From positions 1 through 64,000 of IMG/VR virus record IMGVR_UViG_3300033463_000004: DNA of 64,000 bases; one strand, written 5' to 3'. A model generated the notes under the pieces. It searched no databases. It saw nothing but the letters and a program-made list of their open reading frames with translations, and was not told the DNA's origin. Below are positions 17,462 through 28,466 of this stretch, piece after piece. This DNA comes from a virus. Its lineage: Duplodnaviria > Caudoviricetes. Positions within the stretch are counted from its first letter, which is position 1, and the number at the start of each line of letters is the position of its first letter. A program made the translations under genes and the position numbers.

Positions 17462-20404
17462 ATGAAAAATTTCCAAGTGGAAAAAAATCAGAAACGGAAC
17501 CCAATGGCAGAATATTTATTCAAATTGCAACTCATCGTAACGAATACGGAGTTTAAGAATAAAGAAGAAGCAGATAAATATGATACATTGGAGATGAAAC
17601 TAAACGGCGAAAAATATTGCCGTGCAGTTAAGCATACTGATATATTTGAATCATACGAATATGATGACATAAGAACATATCAAATGTTATTGGAATCTGG
17701 TATTGATGAAGAAAAGATCCCATTGTATATTCAAAATAAAAGTATGATTCCAATGCCAATCAAAAAGAAAATGATGGAAGATGCACGTGAGCAATTCATC
17801 ATGACATATCAAGAAGAGAATCCATACTATGTTATGTTGACAGGTAAACCATATCCTGGTTCAATTAACATTCCACCTGAAAACGTATTAACAATTCCGG
17901 ATGGATTCTTCCAAATTTATCAAAATGCAAATGCGATTGAACGTAATCAAGCTGTACATGAAATGCCTTTAAAATATCAGGAACTTTTCATGAATACACC
18001 TTACTACGAACAGATGTTGAAAGATTATCCAGAGAATCGTTATTTAAGATACATTGGAACACATTCTATTCCGTATGAAGTTTCACGTCCTGCACATGAT
18101 GGTGATATATTAAAAATCAACGCAAATTCATTGTCAACATCACATCCAGTATTTGGAAATGTATCCGTCGAAACGTCATTGATTCATTTATTTACAAATA
18201 CTTACAATGAAACACATAGCTATGTATATGGTGCCTTACGTGGTGACTTCGGTGATATTTATGCAAACTATAATTCATTCATCCGTTTATTGACAATCTA
18301 TATGTCAATTGGTGGATGTTTGAATGAATTGATGAAAAAGTCATCATCAATGATTTACATCAACCAATCAACGGCAAATGATTTCTTCATGTTATATGGA
18401 TTACCTTCATGCATAATGGAAGGTGCATCTATGATTTCTTTTTTGAAACAATTCCGTATGCTGTTGATGGATAAAGGTACAAATATCGTATATCGTGTAA
18501 AAGATTTAATCGGTTATGAATACACAGATATCTACACACTCGTCATGATTAAACAACAAGTGTTTGAAAATGGTCAACCAAAATACACAACAGATGAAGA
18601 TGGAAATCGTGTTCCCGTACAAGAAATTGTATTCAGACGTTTGGGTACAACTGATGAGAATACTTCATATTTTAAATTCCGTGATTCTCGAGAAACATAT
18701 ACGCTTGAACAAATTACATCAGGTGATCCACGATGGTGGAATTCTCCTGAAGTTGATGAAATGTTGACTGACATGAATTATACTTTATCCAATTCAAAGT
18801 ATATTCAACTATCAACACATCTTTCGATGACTGATATTTATTGGCAATGCGTTATTTTGATTCGCGGTTTATTAGATAATCGGTATGAAACAGAACACAT
18901 CAAACTTGCAACCAATTTGAATATGATTGGTGGAACTGAAATCTCTGTATTTGAAGCAGTATTGATTCTTGAGATTCTGATGAATTGGCACATAACAACT
19001 GTTCGTGGTGATTCATTACATGGTAATATGTATTTGCCAAATGGCGAGTATGAAGGAATGTCTGCGTGTGTTGATATGCTATTCAACGGATTGGATCTTG
19101 ATGGATCTCCATTGCCGTTGAAACAGGGCCTTCCATTTAAAGTATCATCATTCAATTTTGATTTCATGGAGCAATATCCTGCATATTATCAGGCATTAAA
19201 AGAAATGGATTATATGGAACCCGATACATTTTTACCAATGCTCGATCGTGTATTTATGCGTGAAGAAAATAATATCGGTGAAGTGTTAATGGGTGATGTG
19301 AAGAAGATATATCATTTCTTGGAAATGAAATTGATGAATTGTGTAAACATCCATCAATTCCGTCAAGTAACCGATACATTTGCAAAATTATTCCTTGTAG
19401 ATCCACAGAGAAATTGGTATGATGCTGGAATGATTGATGTTGATGCATATTTGTGTGATACATATCATTTATCGTACTATGAATTGTCTTCATTAAAAAC
19501 ATTCTTTACAGATGATTTTGAAACAACTCCTGCTGATATCATTGTTGGTTATAATGGTATATGGCCAGTATATTTGTATAAAGTAATGAATGAAGATGTC
19601 ACCCATATTGTGATTAATGGAGAAACACCATTCCAAGATACCGGATTTGTTGATGCTTTCATGAAAGCTTTGGATTCATATCGTTCCGAAGCATTGGAAC
19701 AATCAAATCTCTCAATCAATATTAAAACTACATACAAGAGTATCATTGCGGATAAAGTTGTACTCGATGTTGGTAATGGTTTGAATGGACCGAAAACATT
19801 CGAAGCATTGTTATTCCGTAATGATCCTGAAATGTATAAACAACTTATTTCATTCAGAAATAATAATGAAACATTAACATTGATGATGCGTTCAATCGTT
19901 AAGTCGCTTGAAACATATACGAATGCTGTATTACCAGGTTTGGAATTTACTGCAACAGGACAAAAAGAATACTTTAAGATTTTGAAACAAGTTATCGGAT
20001 ATTTCAAATCATATATGGTTGAATATGCAAAAGATGAATTTGTATATGTATTTGATGGATTATTCGATAATGGTGGAAATTCTAACATGTTAAATCTGTA
20101 TGATGAAATTTCACATTTGACTGTTAGAATGATACCAAAAGATTCGTTAACATTACATGATGCATCCCATGCATTCAATCTGTATAAGATGTCAAATACC
20201 GGTTTGATGTCAATGTATGATGAAATGCAAGTTCACCGTCGCGCAGCATACAAAAAAATCAAAGAATTGGGATATGACATTTTATTCGACACTGGAACTC
20301 ATGTGACACAATTTCCGATTAATGTACCGGATGATGATGACAAAATTGAATTTTCTATTTACGTTAAAGACGGAAGCTATCAAGTTCGGATATTCTTAAA
20401 ATAA
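17462..20404 (+). CDS. Large probable virion structural protein
   Basis: 980 aa, late-type promoter, own terminator; no enzymatic motif recognised. Confidence 0.5.
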   Translation: MKNFQVEKNQKRNPMAEYLFKLQLIVTNTEFKNKEEADKYDTLEMKLNGEKYCRAVKHTDIFESYEYDDIRTYQMLLESGIDEEKIPLYIQNKSMIPMPIKKKMMEDAREQFIMTYQEENPYYVMLTGKPYPGSINIPPENVLTIPDGFFQIYQNANAIERNQAVHEMPLKYQELFMNTPYYEQMLKDYPENRYLRYIGTHSIPYEVSRPAHDGDILKINANSLSTSHPVFGNVSVETSLIHLFTNTYNETHSYVYGALRGDFGDIYANYNSFIRLLTIYMSIGGCLNELMKKSSSMIYINQSTANDFFMLYGLPSCIMEGASMISFLKQFRMLLMDKGTNIVYRVKDLIGYEYTDIYTLVMIKQQVFENGQPKYTTDEDGNRVPVQEIVFRRLGTTDENTSYFKFRDSRETYTLEQITSGDPRWWNSPEVDEMLTDMNYTLSNSKYIQLSTHLSMTDIYWQCVILIRGLLDNRYETEHIKLATNLNMIGGTEISVFEAVLILEILMNWHITTVRGDSLHGNMYLPNGEYEGMSACVDMLFNGLDLDGSPLPLKQGLPFKVSSFNFDFMEQYPAYYQALKEMDYMEPDTFLPMLDRVFMREENNIGEVLMGDVKKIYHFLEMKLMNCVNIHQFRQVTDTFAKLFLVDPQRNWYDAGMIDVDAYLCDTYHLSYYELSSLKTFFTDDFETTPADIIVGYNGIWPVYLYKVMNEDVTHIVINGETPFQDTGFVDAFMKALDSYRSEALEQSNLSINIKTTYKSIIADKVVLDVGNGLNGPKTFEALLFRNDPEMYKQLISFRNNNETLTLMMRSIVKSLETYTNAVLPGLEFTATGQKEYFKILKQVIGYFKSYMVEYAKDEFVYVFDGLFDNGGNSNMLNLYDEISHLTVRMIPKDSLTLHDASHAFNLYKMSNTGLMSMYDEMQVHRRAAYKKIKELGYDILFDTGTHVTQFPINVPDDDDKIEFSIYVKDGSYQVRIFLK

Positions 20405-20407
20405 ACA

Positions 20408-20443
20408 AAAAAAAAGAAGCGCGGGATAATCCCGCGCTTCTTT
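20408..20443. terminator. Bidirectional terminator
   Basis: aaaagaagcgcggga-taa-tcccgcgcttctttt. Confidence 0.85.
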
Positions 20444-20446
20444 TAT

Positions 20447-21175
20447 TTATGCCGGCGTAACGACATCGGCAGGAACCTTGTGGTTCTTACTGCCGATGTT
20501 ACCACCGTAGGACACTGTAACAACGGCGACTTTGCCGTCGTTCTCGTATCCTCTGAAAATCCCCTTAAATCGTGTCAGGGTTTCTCCTTCAATTGTCTTG
20601 GCGTCAGACGCCAAAACTACTTTCTGACCAGGCTTCAACTGAAGCCCGGTATTTCCGACATCTTCTGCCGGGGGAATGATCTCAACAACCGGCTGCTGTG
20701 CCTGCTGCTGCGCCTGCTGCTGTGCATATGCATCCATGCGATCAGACAAAATCTTGAGAGCACGAGGATCACCCATGCTCGCAGCAAACTCCAACTCCGT
20801 TTCGCTGGGGTTATCCCAGTTGATAACGGATGCCGGCTGCTGAGCAGGCTGCTGCACCTGCTGCTGCCGTTGTGCCATTACAGCAGCAGCTTGTTCATAG
20901 AGACGGTTTGCCATCTCCATGGCTTGCTGCTGTTGTGCCTGCTGCTCAGCTGCCATCTGAATAGCTTGCTGTTGCTGTGCCTGCTGTTCAGCAGCCATCT
21001 GAATTGCCTGCTGCTGATACAGCAACGCCTGCTGGCGCTGCGCTTCTGCGATGGCTTTTTTATTTTTATTATTAACAATCTTATTGGTGATAGCGTTGTC
21101 CAATTTGGACAACACGCAATAAGATACGGTAAATGCCGCAACGCCTGCGGCTCCGGCGATCAGTTTGACTGCCAT
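20447..21175 (-). CDS. Gln-rich protein: N-terminal hydrophobic segment, tandem Q/A repeats, C-terminal KOW/SH3-like domain
   Basis: GGAGG SD; (QQQAIQMAAEQQAQ) x~2.5; LKPGQKVV..FKGIF......VAVVTVSYGG. Confidence 0.75.
   Translation of the reverse strand: MAVKLIAGAAGVAAFTVSYCVLSKLDNAITNKIVNNKNKKAIAEAQRQQALLYQQQAIQMAAEQQAQQQQAIQMAAEQQAQQQQAMEMANRLYEQAAAVMAQRQQQVQQPAQQPASVINWDNPSETELEFAASMGDPRALKILSDRMDAYAQQQAQQQAQQPVVEIIPPAEDVGNTGLQLKPGQKVVLASDAKTIEGETLTRFKGIFRGYENDGKVAVVTVSYGGNIGSKNHKVPADVVTPA
20915..21015 (-). repeat. 42-bp coding tandem repeat
   Basis: About 2.5 copies encoding QQQAIQMAAEQQAQ. Confidence 0.75.
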
Positions 21176-21287
21176 AACAATCCTCCATTTCTGTGAGTTT
21201 TAACATATAAAGAATCTCTCTGGATAACTCACAAACCAGAGCCTTATATATTACGATAGATTTCATTGTGTCCTTCTCTTAAATGTC

Positions 21288-21341
21288 TGGAGTTGCTGAT
21301 TGATTATATTATAACGATCAACCATTCAATCAGCAACTCCA
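21288..21341. repeat. Perfect 16-bp inverted repeat
   Basis: tggagttgctgattga (21288-21303) / tcaatcagcaactcca (21326-21341). Confidence 0.85.
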
Positions 21342-21356
21342 AGATTGGATCCGTCA

Positions 21357-21734
21357 TTAGAACATGCCAGATCCGGTAGCAGCAAATGCCGCTACAGTGG
21401 TATCGCCGTATCCGGTGTTATCCGGAACCGGTACTGTCGGAATAACCGGCTGTTCGCTGGTGCAACCACAGTACCGGTTGTCAATCCATCTGTAAACCAA
21501 GATACCGGCCGCGGCAGAAAGTGCGATAATAAACACAGTTTTACCTATTTTAATTGCTTTCTGCTTGACGATATCCTTGCGTTCGGCTTCAATCTGTGCC
21601 TGCATCTCAGGTGTGATGAAGCCGGGAACAGGAGCAGCCATCATCGGCTGCGGAATTGCAGCTGCCTGCGGAATTGCGGTTGCCTGCGGAATCTGCTGCG
21701 GAATGGCAGTTGCCTGCGGAATCTGATTCATCAT
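21357..21734 (-). CDS. Small membrane protein with IPQ(ATA) repeats
   Basis: AAAGGAG SD; five IPQ repeats; TM-like segment VFIIALSAAAGILVY. Confidence 0.75.
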   Translation of the reverse strand: MMNQIPQATAIPQQIPQATAIPQAAAIPQPMMAAPVPGFITPEMQAQIEAERKDIVKQKAIKIGKTVFIIALSAAAGILVYRWIDNRYCGCTSEQPVIPTVPVPDNTGYGDTTVAAFAATGSGMF

Positions 21735-21898
21735 GATAATTCTCCTTTTCTGTAGATTACTCTTTGGCGTTTCTCCATGATGAACCTACAAACTCATGGT
21801 GCCGCTTATAATGAATTTCGATAATGATGTTGTGAGATTACATCATTACCTTTTATTCATAATAATAATATATATATGAAAATCCAAAAAAATAGGAT

Positions 21899-21925
21899 TT
21901 ATATGGGGGCATATGCCCCCATATA
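21899..21925 (-). terminator. Intrinsic terminator
   Basis: ttatatgggggc-atat-gcccccatataa. Confidence 0.8.
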
Positions 21926-21928
21926 ATT

Positions 21929-22156
21929 TCATATTGCAGGTTTTGAACTCATCAGATCGATTGCTTTTGCGTAATATGATGATGGATCTTGTGACATCTT
22001 ATACGCTTCCTGTGGTGTTAAATCACCAAGACGGATTGTCATTCCATCTGGACTTCGTAAGAGATAATCGTTTAACCTACCATAACTTGATGAACTTATG
22101 AAGGAAAAAGAATACCCATCTTTTTCTCCTTCATATGGAATAGGCATAGATCCCAT
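21929..22156 (-). CDS. Small hypothetical protein
   Basis: AAGGAG SD; starts just after the sbcC stop. Confidence 0.6.
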   Translation of the reverse strand: MGSMPIPYEGEKDGYSFSFISSSSYGRLNDYLLRSPDGMTIRLGDLTPQEAYKMSQDPSSYYAKAIDLMSSKPAI

Positions 22157-22157
22157 A

Positions 22158-24713
22158 TCATTCAACTCCTTTCTGTTTATCGATAATCTCGGATATATCA
22201 ATCGTTTTGACTATATGTCCGAATTGTCCTTTCTGTAGATTATGAGATATCAAAAACATCTGTTCCATGCCGAGTTTTCCCATCATTGATTCTAACATCA
22301 AGATGAAATCATCTCGTATAGATATATCAAGATATGCATCAATCTCATCTACAAGAGGAATGTTAAATTGGGTCAATGATGATGCAAGAGATAAGGATAA
22401 AGCCAACGATAATAATGTTGACTCCGATTGCGAACCATACCGAATATCAGATGATTGATTATTCCCACAGCGGAATGGTAACGCAAAATTACTTTCATCA
22501 ATTATTGGGTGTAATAATTCAATCTCATGATCGTACATCACATCCAATAATTGATTTGCCATGTGGATGGCACGTTCAACTGTATCGCGAATTGCAATAA
22601 CAGGAATGCCTTTTGTAGATGAAGTCGCTTCTGCAATCGCTTTATACGTTGAATCTTGGGTTGTGTTTTGTTCGATTTCGGTTGATGTTTTAACATATTG
22701 ATCAAATGCTTTTTCGAGTACATCCAACTCTGAAACCAGAGTTTTGTGCTGTGCGACACACAGATTATACTGATTTACAAAATCCTGATATGTTAATTCA
22801 TCGAGTTGTTGTTTATCAATAATGGCTTTCAGCTGGATTCTTCTTTGCTGAAGTGTACCAATATCAATACGTTTTATATTAGACAACATCAAACGTTTTT
22901 CATCCGATGTTGATATTTGTTCAGATAAACTTTGAATCAATTGATCCAACTCTGATAATTTGTCGTTCATTTTACCGATCATTTGTTCAATATTATCTGT
23001 ATCAGATATATCAATATTCATAGATAATCTTTCTTCTATAATTCGAAGTGATTGTTCAGAGTCATGAATTTGCGAAATGTATTGATTTCGTTGTTCCATC
23101 TTAGTTGCTTCTTCTGCTAAATGTTTGATCTCATCAACATTTACACCAAATCCAAATTGTAATATATTATTACAAATAGATTTCATTGAGAACATCTCAT
23201 GAATCAATTGATTGGGTATTTCAATATTGATTAATCTTTTAATTGTTAATATATTTTTATATGCATGATCCATTTGTTCCAAATCATATTGTGTGTAGGT
23301 TCCTTCTTTTGTTGATTGAAATGATTTGAAGTATGAATCAAATGCATCATAAGCCTTTCGATACAGACAATTTTGTATGCTACACTCCGAATTTGATGGG
23401 ATCTCACCATCAATCGAATTCATCATTGAACGAATATATGAAATGATTGATTTTTCCTTTTCTGAATCCAGTATATCTGCACCAGCTTTCATTAAAAATG
23501 CGGATACGTCAATACCATGCTGAATCATTTCGATCATAAATTCCAGATGTTCACGTTTCAAAGACGAAATAATTTCTTTACATGTTGAATTGATTGCTTG
23601 TGCCATTGATAACATTGACATCAAATATCCAGATGTCAAATCATTCACAATCGGATCCGGATTTAACAACGACACCTTTTGATTCAGTATACGGATTGTT
23701 TCTTCTAACGATGTTTTATCATCAATTGATTGTTTATGGACCCTTTTGATTTCTTCGAGTTTATGTTGTTTATCATATAAATCATCGATGTCTTTTAATA
23801 GTATTTCTCTTTGCGCTTTCGTTTCAGATAATTGTTGATTCAATTTTATTTGCTCTTCAACCAATCTATCAGGCAGATCTGCATCAACTGATCCACCGAA
23901 TTGAGAAAGGATACGTTGATATTCCGCGATTGAATTTTCAATATTATATAATTCACCAGATGGATTTTGTTGACGAATTGTTTGAATCTTTCCATTCAAT
24001 TTATCCATTTCTGATTTTGTTTGCTGTATCTCACATTCCAATTTCTCTCGTTCAGAACGTTTTTTATCAACGTTTGCAAATAGTGATTCATAGGAACCAT
24101 ATGTGGAAAGAAGATATTCCTTGGTATGATTTAATGACGCAATCAGTTTATTTGTAAATCGATAATCATCCGTTGCAAGTTTATGAATCTTATCGTAAAT
24201 ATCAATTCCCATTGCTTTGTTCAATAATGTTTTGCGTTGTGTGGAACCCATTCCTGCGAATGATGTTAAGTTTGTTCCATTGATAATAAACTGAAATTTA
24301 TATTTATTTATGTTGAGATGTTTTTCAATTAATGCAATACCGGAGTTTACACCACCAGAAGAGTTTAATTCTTCACCATTCATTTTGAATGATGTTGATA
24401 CAGTATGGGATTTGCCGGTTGCACGATATGTATGTGTAATATTAAACACATTACCATTTGCTTCATATACTATATTTTTTATTCCAGTTTCTCCTGGCAA
24501 AACTAAATCCAAATCATTTCGTTCATCACCTGTTAAATTGATTGATGAGAATGGGTGATGTTGTTGTATCATAACAGTTTTTCCACAACGATTGCGTCCA
24601 TACAATTGAATGATTGGTTGTTCGATGTTATCATATTTGAATTCAATTTCATTCAAACCGGTTGCTGCTTTTACACCAATGAAATTGACAAGTTTTAAAT
24701 ATACGATTTTCAT
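22158..24713 (-). CDS. SbcC/Rad50-like SMC ATPase
   Basis: Walker A GRNRCGKT, long coiled coils, central CSIQNC hook, signature-like GSQSE, Walker B LVDEIDAYLD, LISH. Confidence 0.9.
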   Translation of the reverse strand: MKIVYLKLVNFIGVKAATGLNEIEFKYDNIEQPIIQLYGRNRCGKTVMIQQHHPFSSINLTGDERNDLDLVLPGETGIKNIVYEANGNVFNITHTYRATGKSHTVSTSFKMNGEELNSSGGVNSGIALIEKHLNINKYKFQFIINGTNLTSFAGMGSTQRKTLLNKAMGIDIYDKIHKLATDDYRFTNKLIASLNHTKEYLLSTYGSYESLFANVDKKRSEREKLECEIQQTKSEMDKLNGKIQTIRQQNPSGELYNIENSIAEYQRILSQFGGSVDADLPDRLVEEQIKLNQQLSETKAQREILLKDIDDLYDKQHKLEEIKRVHKQSIDDKTSLEETIRILNQKVSLLNPDPIVNDLTSGYLMSMLSMAQAINSTCKEIISSLKREHLEFMIEMIQHGIDVSAFLMKAGADILDSEKEKSIISYIRSMMNSIDGEIPSNSECSIQNCLYRKAYDAFDSYFKSFQSTKEGTYTQYDLEQMDHAYKNILTIKRLINIEIPNQLIHEMFSMKSICNNILQFGFGVNVDEIKHLAEEATKMEQRNQYISQIHDSEQSLRIIEERLSMNIDISDTDNIEQMIGKMNDKLSELDQLIQSLSEQISTSDEKRLMLSNIKRIDIGTLQQRRIQLKAIIDKQQLDELTYQDFVNQYNLCVAQHKTLVSELDVLEKAFDQYVKTSTEIEQNTTQDSTYKAIAEATSSTKGIPVIAIRDTVERAIHMANQLLDVMYDHEIELLHPIIDESNFALPFRCGNNQSSDIRYGSQSESTLLSLALSLSLASSLTQFNIPLVDEIDAYLDISIRDDFILMLESMMGKLGMEQMFLISHNLQKGQFGHIVKTIDISEIIDKQKGVE

Positions 24714-24936
24714 GCTATCGTCCTTTCAAATTGAGATTAACAGATGAGTCATCTGGGATATAATTTTCAACGTGTTGATACATTTCAATACATCAAATTC
24801 ATAAAGAATCATCTCTCATTCAGTATAATAATATATCTTTGAATAAAAAATATTTTTAAACACATATATGATTGAAATGGTAAACGGGAGCATGTTGCTT
24901 CTAAACCGATATCAAAAAGAAAGAAGGAGTTCATTT

Positions 24937-25611
24937 ATGACCGAAAAAGTCAACTATGCTGAACGTCGTCAGAGATTCATGGAAACGTTCAAGGAAGATC
25001 CGGTTCTTACAAAACAATTGCCGGAACTTGCAGTCGAGCTTTTCTACAAAGAGTTCGGTATCTCCATTGAAGACCTGACAATCATCCCTGTTGTGTGGGC
25101 TTCTGTGTGGATGAAATTAATGGAATTCATTCATCAACAGAAGAGCGATTCGTTCTCTGTATCTGTTGCAGGTTTCACAGTTGAGTATATGACAGAATAT
25201 TCTGAATCTGATAAAGCTCGGAATATCGTTCCGGAACTGTATCATGATTACATTCCGACATTTTCACAGAGACATCATTCCACGGTTCCTGGTTGTGATT
25301 TCAACAGTGACCTCGTTTCGAAGTATAATGACTGGAGAACAAATAATCTGACAGAAACTGTTGACAAAGTTGAAAGAGAAGCTTTTGATGATGTTGCGAA
25401 AAAGTTCGGTGTACATCTGATGGTTTCTGCAACTGTTATTCCGCTTGCTGCTGCAATTTATTCTGCAGGTGTACAGATTGCATTGGAAACCAAAAAGCCG
25501 GTGAACATGTATAATTGGTTTACAATTAATGCACGTGCCGATGATAAGATTATTCTGACACCGCTTGCGTCAATTAAGCAAGGTCTGAAAGATGATGCAA
25601 AACGCGCATGA
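24937..25611 (+). CDS. Hypothetical protein
   Basis: AAGGAG SD; early-type promoter at 24862; terminator at 25614-25641. Confidence 0.75.
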   Translation: MTEKVNYAERRQRFMETFKEDPVLTKQLPELAVELFYKEFGISIEDLTIIPVVWASVWMKLMEFIHQQKSDSFSVSVAGFTVEYMTEYSESDKARNIVPELYHDYIPTFSQRHHSTVPGCDFNSDLVSKYNDWRTNNLTETVDKVEREAFDDVAKKFGVHLMVSATVIPLAAAIYSAGVQIALETKKPVNMYNWFTINARADDKIILTPLASIKQGLKDDAKRA

Positions 25612-25734
25612 TAAAATGGGCGGAGTAATCCGCCCCTATTTATCATAATTCAGAAAAAGCAAACTTTCGAACACAATACGGTAGCAATCACCAAACGATT
25701 GCAATTATTATTGTATACAGAAAGGATGAGTCAA

Positions 25735-26877
25735 ATGTCATTCAATCTGATTATCGGTATGGGAAATACCGGTTGTCAAATCGTAAAAATTGCGGCTGAA
25801 TCAGAAAAGTTGACGGAGTGCAAATTCTTCACAGTTGATTCTGTGACATCTTCAGTTGATATGGATTCTATTCAGAATATCAAATCAATCTCGTTAATTT
25901 CTGATGATAAAGCTGGAAGTGGTAGATCACGTGAACGTGGTGCCGCAATGTTTGAATTCCATGATTCAAACGGAACATTCAATGAGCTTTATTCTGAAGC
26001 AGAAAAAGCAAAGACTCCAATCATTGTAATCACATCTTCTGCTGGTGGTACAGGTTCCGGTTCAACGCCTGTCCTTTGTAAGAAATTAATCAATGCGGGT
26101 ATTCAGGTGATTCCAATCATTATTTGTCCTGCAATGGACGATCCGATTGCATTCCATATGAATACCGCAGATCTTATGATGGAGCTCGGTCAAGCGAATA
26201 TTTCAACATACTGTGTATTCCGTAATGAATATGGAAAAGCAGATTATGATGAAATCAATAAAGAAGTTGTTTCTGCAATTGAAATCATTCTTGGGAAACG
26301 TTATGATCCAACTGATAAGGATTCCATTGATGATTCTGATCTTGATGTGATTCTGTCAACACCTGGACGTTTCATTGCAGTCGAAGCTTCTGCACAGACA
26401 CCGTCACATCTGAAACGTATTATCACTGAACGTGTTCTGAATGGTCATCAGCCATGTTGGAACATGAGTGATGCTGAGTCAGGAACTTTGATGACTGCAT
26501 TCGCATTGTCATCACCGTTTGCTTCTGGTGACTTTGAAGAAGTGTTTTCCGAACTGAATTCTCGTATCAAGAATAGATACGATGAATATCGTAATATCTG
26601 TAACAAAGATGGAAATGGTCTTTGTAGAGCATCAATCATTGTTGCAGGTCTCCCACGAGTTGAATTGAAAGAGATCGACGGTGAATTCCACATGGCATCT
26701 GGTATTGCTGATGGTATTCAGGCAAAATCAAGTCGTCCTGCTTTCATGCAGAAGAAAGGTACGATTCGTTCTGTAAATATTCCAAAAGCAAAAGATGTTA
26801 ACAAGGTGACATCGACACAAGCTGGTTTAACCGATGAAGGAAAGACTATGCTTGAACAATTCAATCTCAATAAATAA
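25735..26877 (+). CDS. Tubulin/FtsZ-family protein (PhuZ/TubZ-like)
   Basis: IIGMGNTGCQI, GSGRSRERG, SSAGGTGSG tubulin signature, IDDSDL T7 loop, basic flexible C-tail. Confidence 0.88.
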   Translation: MSFNLIIGMGNTGCQIVKIAAESEKLTECKFFTVDSVTSSVDMDSIQNIKSISLISDDKAGSGRSRERGAAMFEFHDSNGTFNELYSEAEKAKTPIIVITSSAGGTGSGSTPVLCKKLINAGIQVIPIIICPAMDDPIAFHMNTADLMMELGQANISTYCVFRNEYGKADYDEINKEVVSAIEIILGKRYDPTDKDSIDDSDLDVILSTPGRFIAVEASAQTPSHLKRIITERVLNGHQPCWNMSDAESGTLMTAFALSSPFASGDFEEVFSELNSRIKNRYDEYRNICNKDGNGLCRASIIVAGLPRVELKEIDGEFHMASGIADGIQAKSSRPAFMQKKGTIRSVNIPKAKDVNKVTSTQAGLTDEGKTMLEQFNLNK

Positions 26878-26967
26878 GAAATATTTTTGTATTGTGGATA
26901 TGTACATAATTCATGGGATATTCACTACACAAGAATATCTAAATTATTCCAAAGGAGGAAAACACTT

Positions 26968-27873
26968 ATGGTCTACTCGCAAATGTATCCTGGTGATGTC
27001 AATTTCCTGACTTCATTGGAGACGTATCTGAAGAATGAGATTCGTATCTCGTCTGCAGCAACTCCACAGGAAAGACTCACCCTCACTGAACAGGCTCGTG
27101 CAAGTTTATACTCGTATGATGTTCAGTGTCTCCCGAGAGTCTCTGATAAGATTCTGACATCTGACATGGAATCTGATCAAGAAGCTCGTGCACTCTGGCG
27201 TGCATTCAGTAATCATGTAATGGATCCGTTCTTCATCTCAATCATGATGCAGTTCCTTGGAACCAGAAATGATCCAACCTTGAATGGACAGATCGGTGCA
27301 CTTCTTTCAAAGGTTGTTGAGAATCATATCAGCGCAAATTGGAAGAGAGATGAAAAGAAAAAGGATAAGGGTGAAGAGAAGCTTCCGACGTTTGATGAGA
27401 TCAAACATATCCAAGCAGCAATCGAAGAACTTCTGGGACCGACTGCAAATGCTATTCAGGTCAGATGTGGTAATCTTACCCATCCGGAAGCACTGTTTAT
27501 TGCAGCATGTGTTGCAATGAATTCTCAGAAGACGTTGAAAGAGATTCTTTCAAGTGATCTTCCGATCACCGCAGATGTATTCGGAAACCTGGTTGATCCT
27601 GATCCGATCATTCGTGGTTCACTGACACTTCTGAAAGCTGACATCCCAACAAAACCCACGACAAATCAGGCTGCATTCCTGGAATCACTGAAGCGTTGGA
27701 TTTACACAATGCTCGATAAGATTCCGGGCGGCACAAATGTATGCTACCAGTATCTTGTTGGAGTATATGGTAGCGTAACTCCGGATGTGTCACCGTACTA
27801 TATCCAGATTAAGGATTGCGGTACAATGTATGCAAATCTGCTCACTGTTGCAAAGCAGATTGTAAATAAATAA
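26968..27873 (+). CDS. Hypothetical protein
   Basis: AAAGGAGG SD; high-expression codon bias. Confidence 0.75.
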   Translation: MVYSQMYPGDVNFLTSLETYLKNEIRISSAATPQERLTLTEQARASLYSYDVQCLPRVSDKILTSDMESDQEARALWRAFSNHVMDPFFISIMMQFLGTRNDPTLNGQIGALLSKVVENHISANWKRDEKKKDKGEEKLPTFDEIKHIQAAIEELLGPTANAIQVRCGNLTHPEALFIAACVAMNSQKTLKEILSSDLPITADVFGNLVDPDPIIRGSLTLLKADIPTKPTTNQAAFLESLKRWIYTMLDKIPGGTNVCYQYLVGVYGSVTPDVSPYYIQIKDCGTMYANLLTVAKQIVNK

Positions 27874-27891
27874 TCAAGGAGGAACCCGACT

Positions 27892-28395
27892 ATGTCTATG
27901 TTAGAGCAAATTCATCCTGATGTACAGAGAATTCTTACACCGATCATTTCCCGCATGACTGCTATCTATATCACGGAGCATAATACTCCTGTGATTGGTG
28001 GTAATCACAATGATCAGTACAAGCGTGAAAAGCAGGAATGTGTTCACATCATCTTCGACGGAAATTCTCCAAAGTCGATGCTTGTGAAGTCGCCTGATGG
28101 AAAACTGAAGTGTGCTGTGTGTGGTCGTGAGATTTGCACAAAGTTCGATGGTAGTTCCATTCAGACTCTGCTTGAAGCACGCAAGGTTGTCGAACAGCTG
28201 CTGTACTTCGGTATGGTAAACCACATGAAAGCTGATCTCATCATGACATGTATTGACATCAAGAAATGCTTGCCGGAACTCGCAACACTTCTGGCTCAGC
28301 TGAATGAATTCGTCAAGCGTGAAGAATCCAACATGGATACTGTCTCCAACATTGGTGATGAGTATCGTTTCCGTGGCATTACGAGCGCGTTCTAA
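27892..28395 (+). CDS. Hypothetical protein with putative Zn-binding CxH..CxxC
   Basis: AAGGAGG SD; ECVH...KCAVCGREIC. Confidence 0.75.
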   Translation: MSMLEQIHPDVQRILTPIISRMTAIYITEHNTPVIGGNHNDQYKREKQECVHIIFDGNSPKSMLVKSPDGKLKCAVCGREICTKFDGSSIQTLLEARKVVEQLLYFGMVNHMKADLIMTCIDIKKCLPELATLLAQLNEFVKREESNMDTVSNIGDEYRFRGITSAF

Positions 28396-28429
28396 AGTGC
28401 TGATTGATCGATCAATGAACATTTGAAGT

Positions 28430-28466
28430 GAATGTGAGGGGCTTCTGCCCCTCACATTCATTTTTT
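28430..28466. terminator. Bidirectional terminator
   Basis: gaatgtgaggggc-ttct-gcccctcacattc plus T run. Confidence 0.85.
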
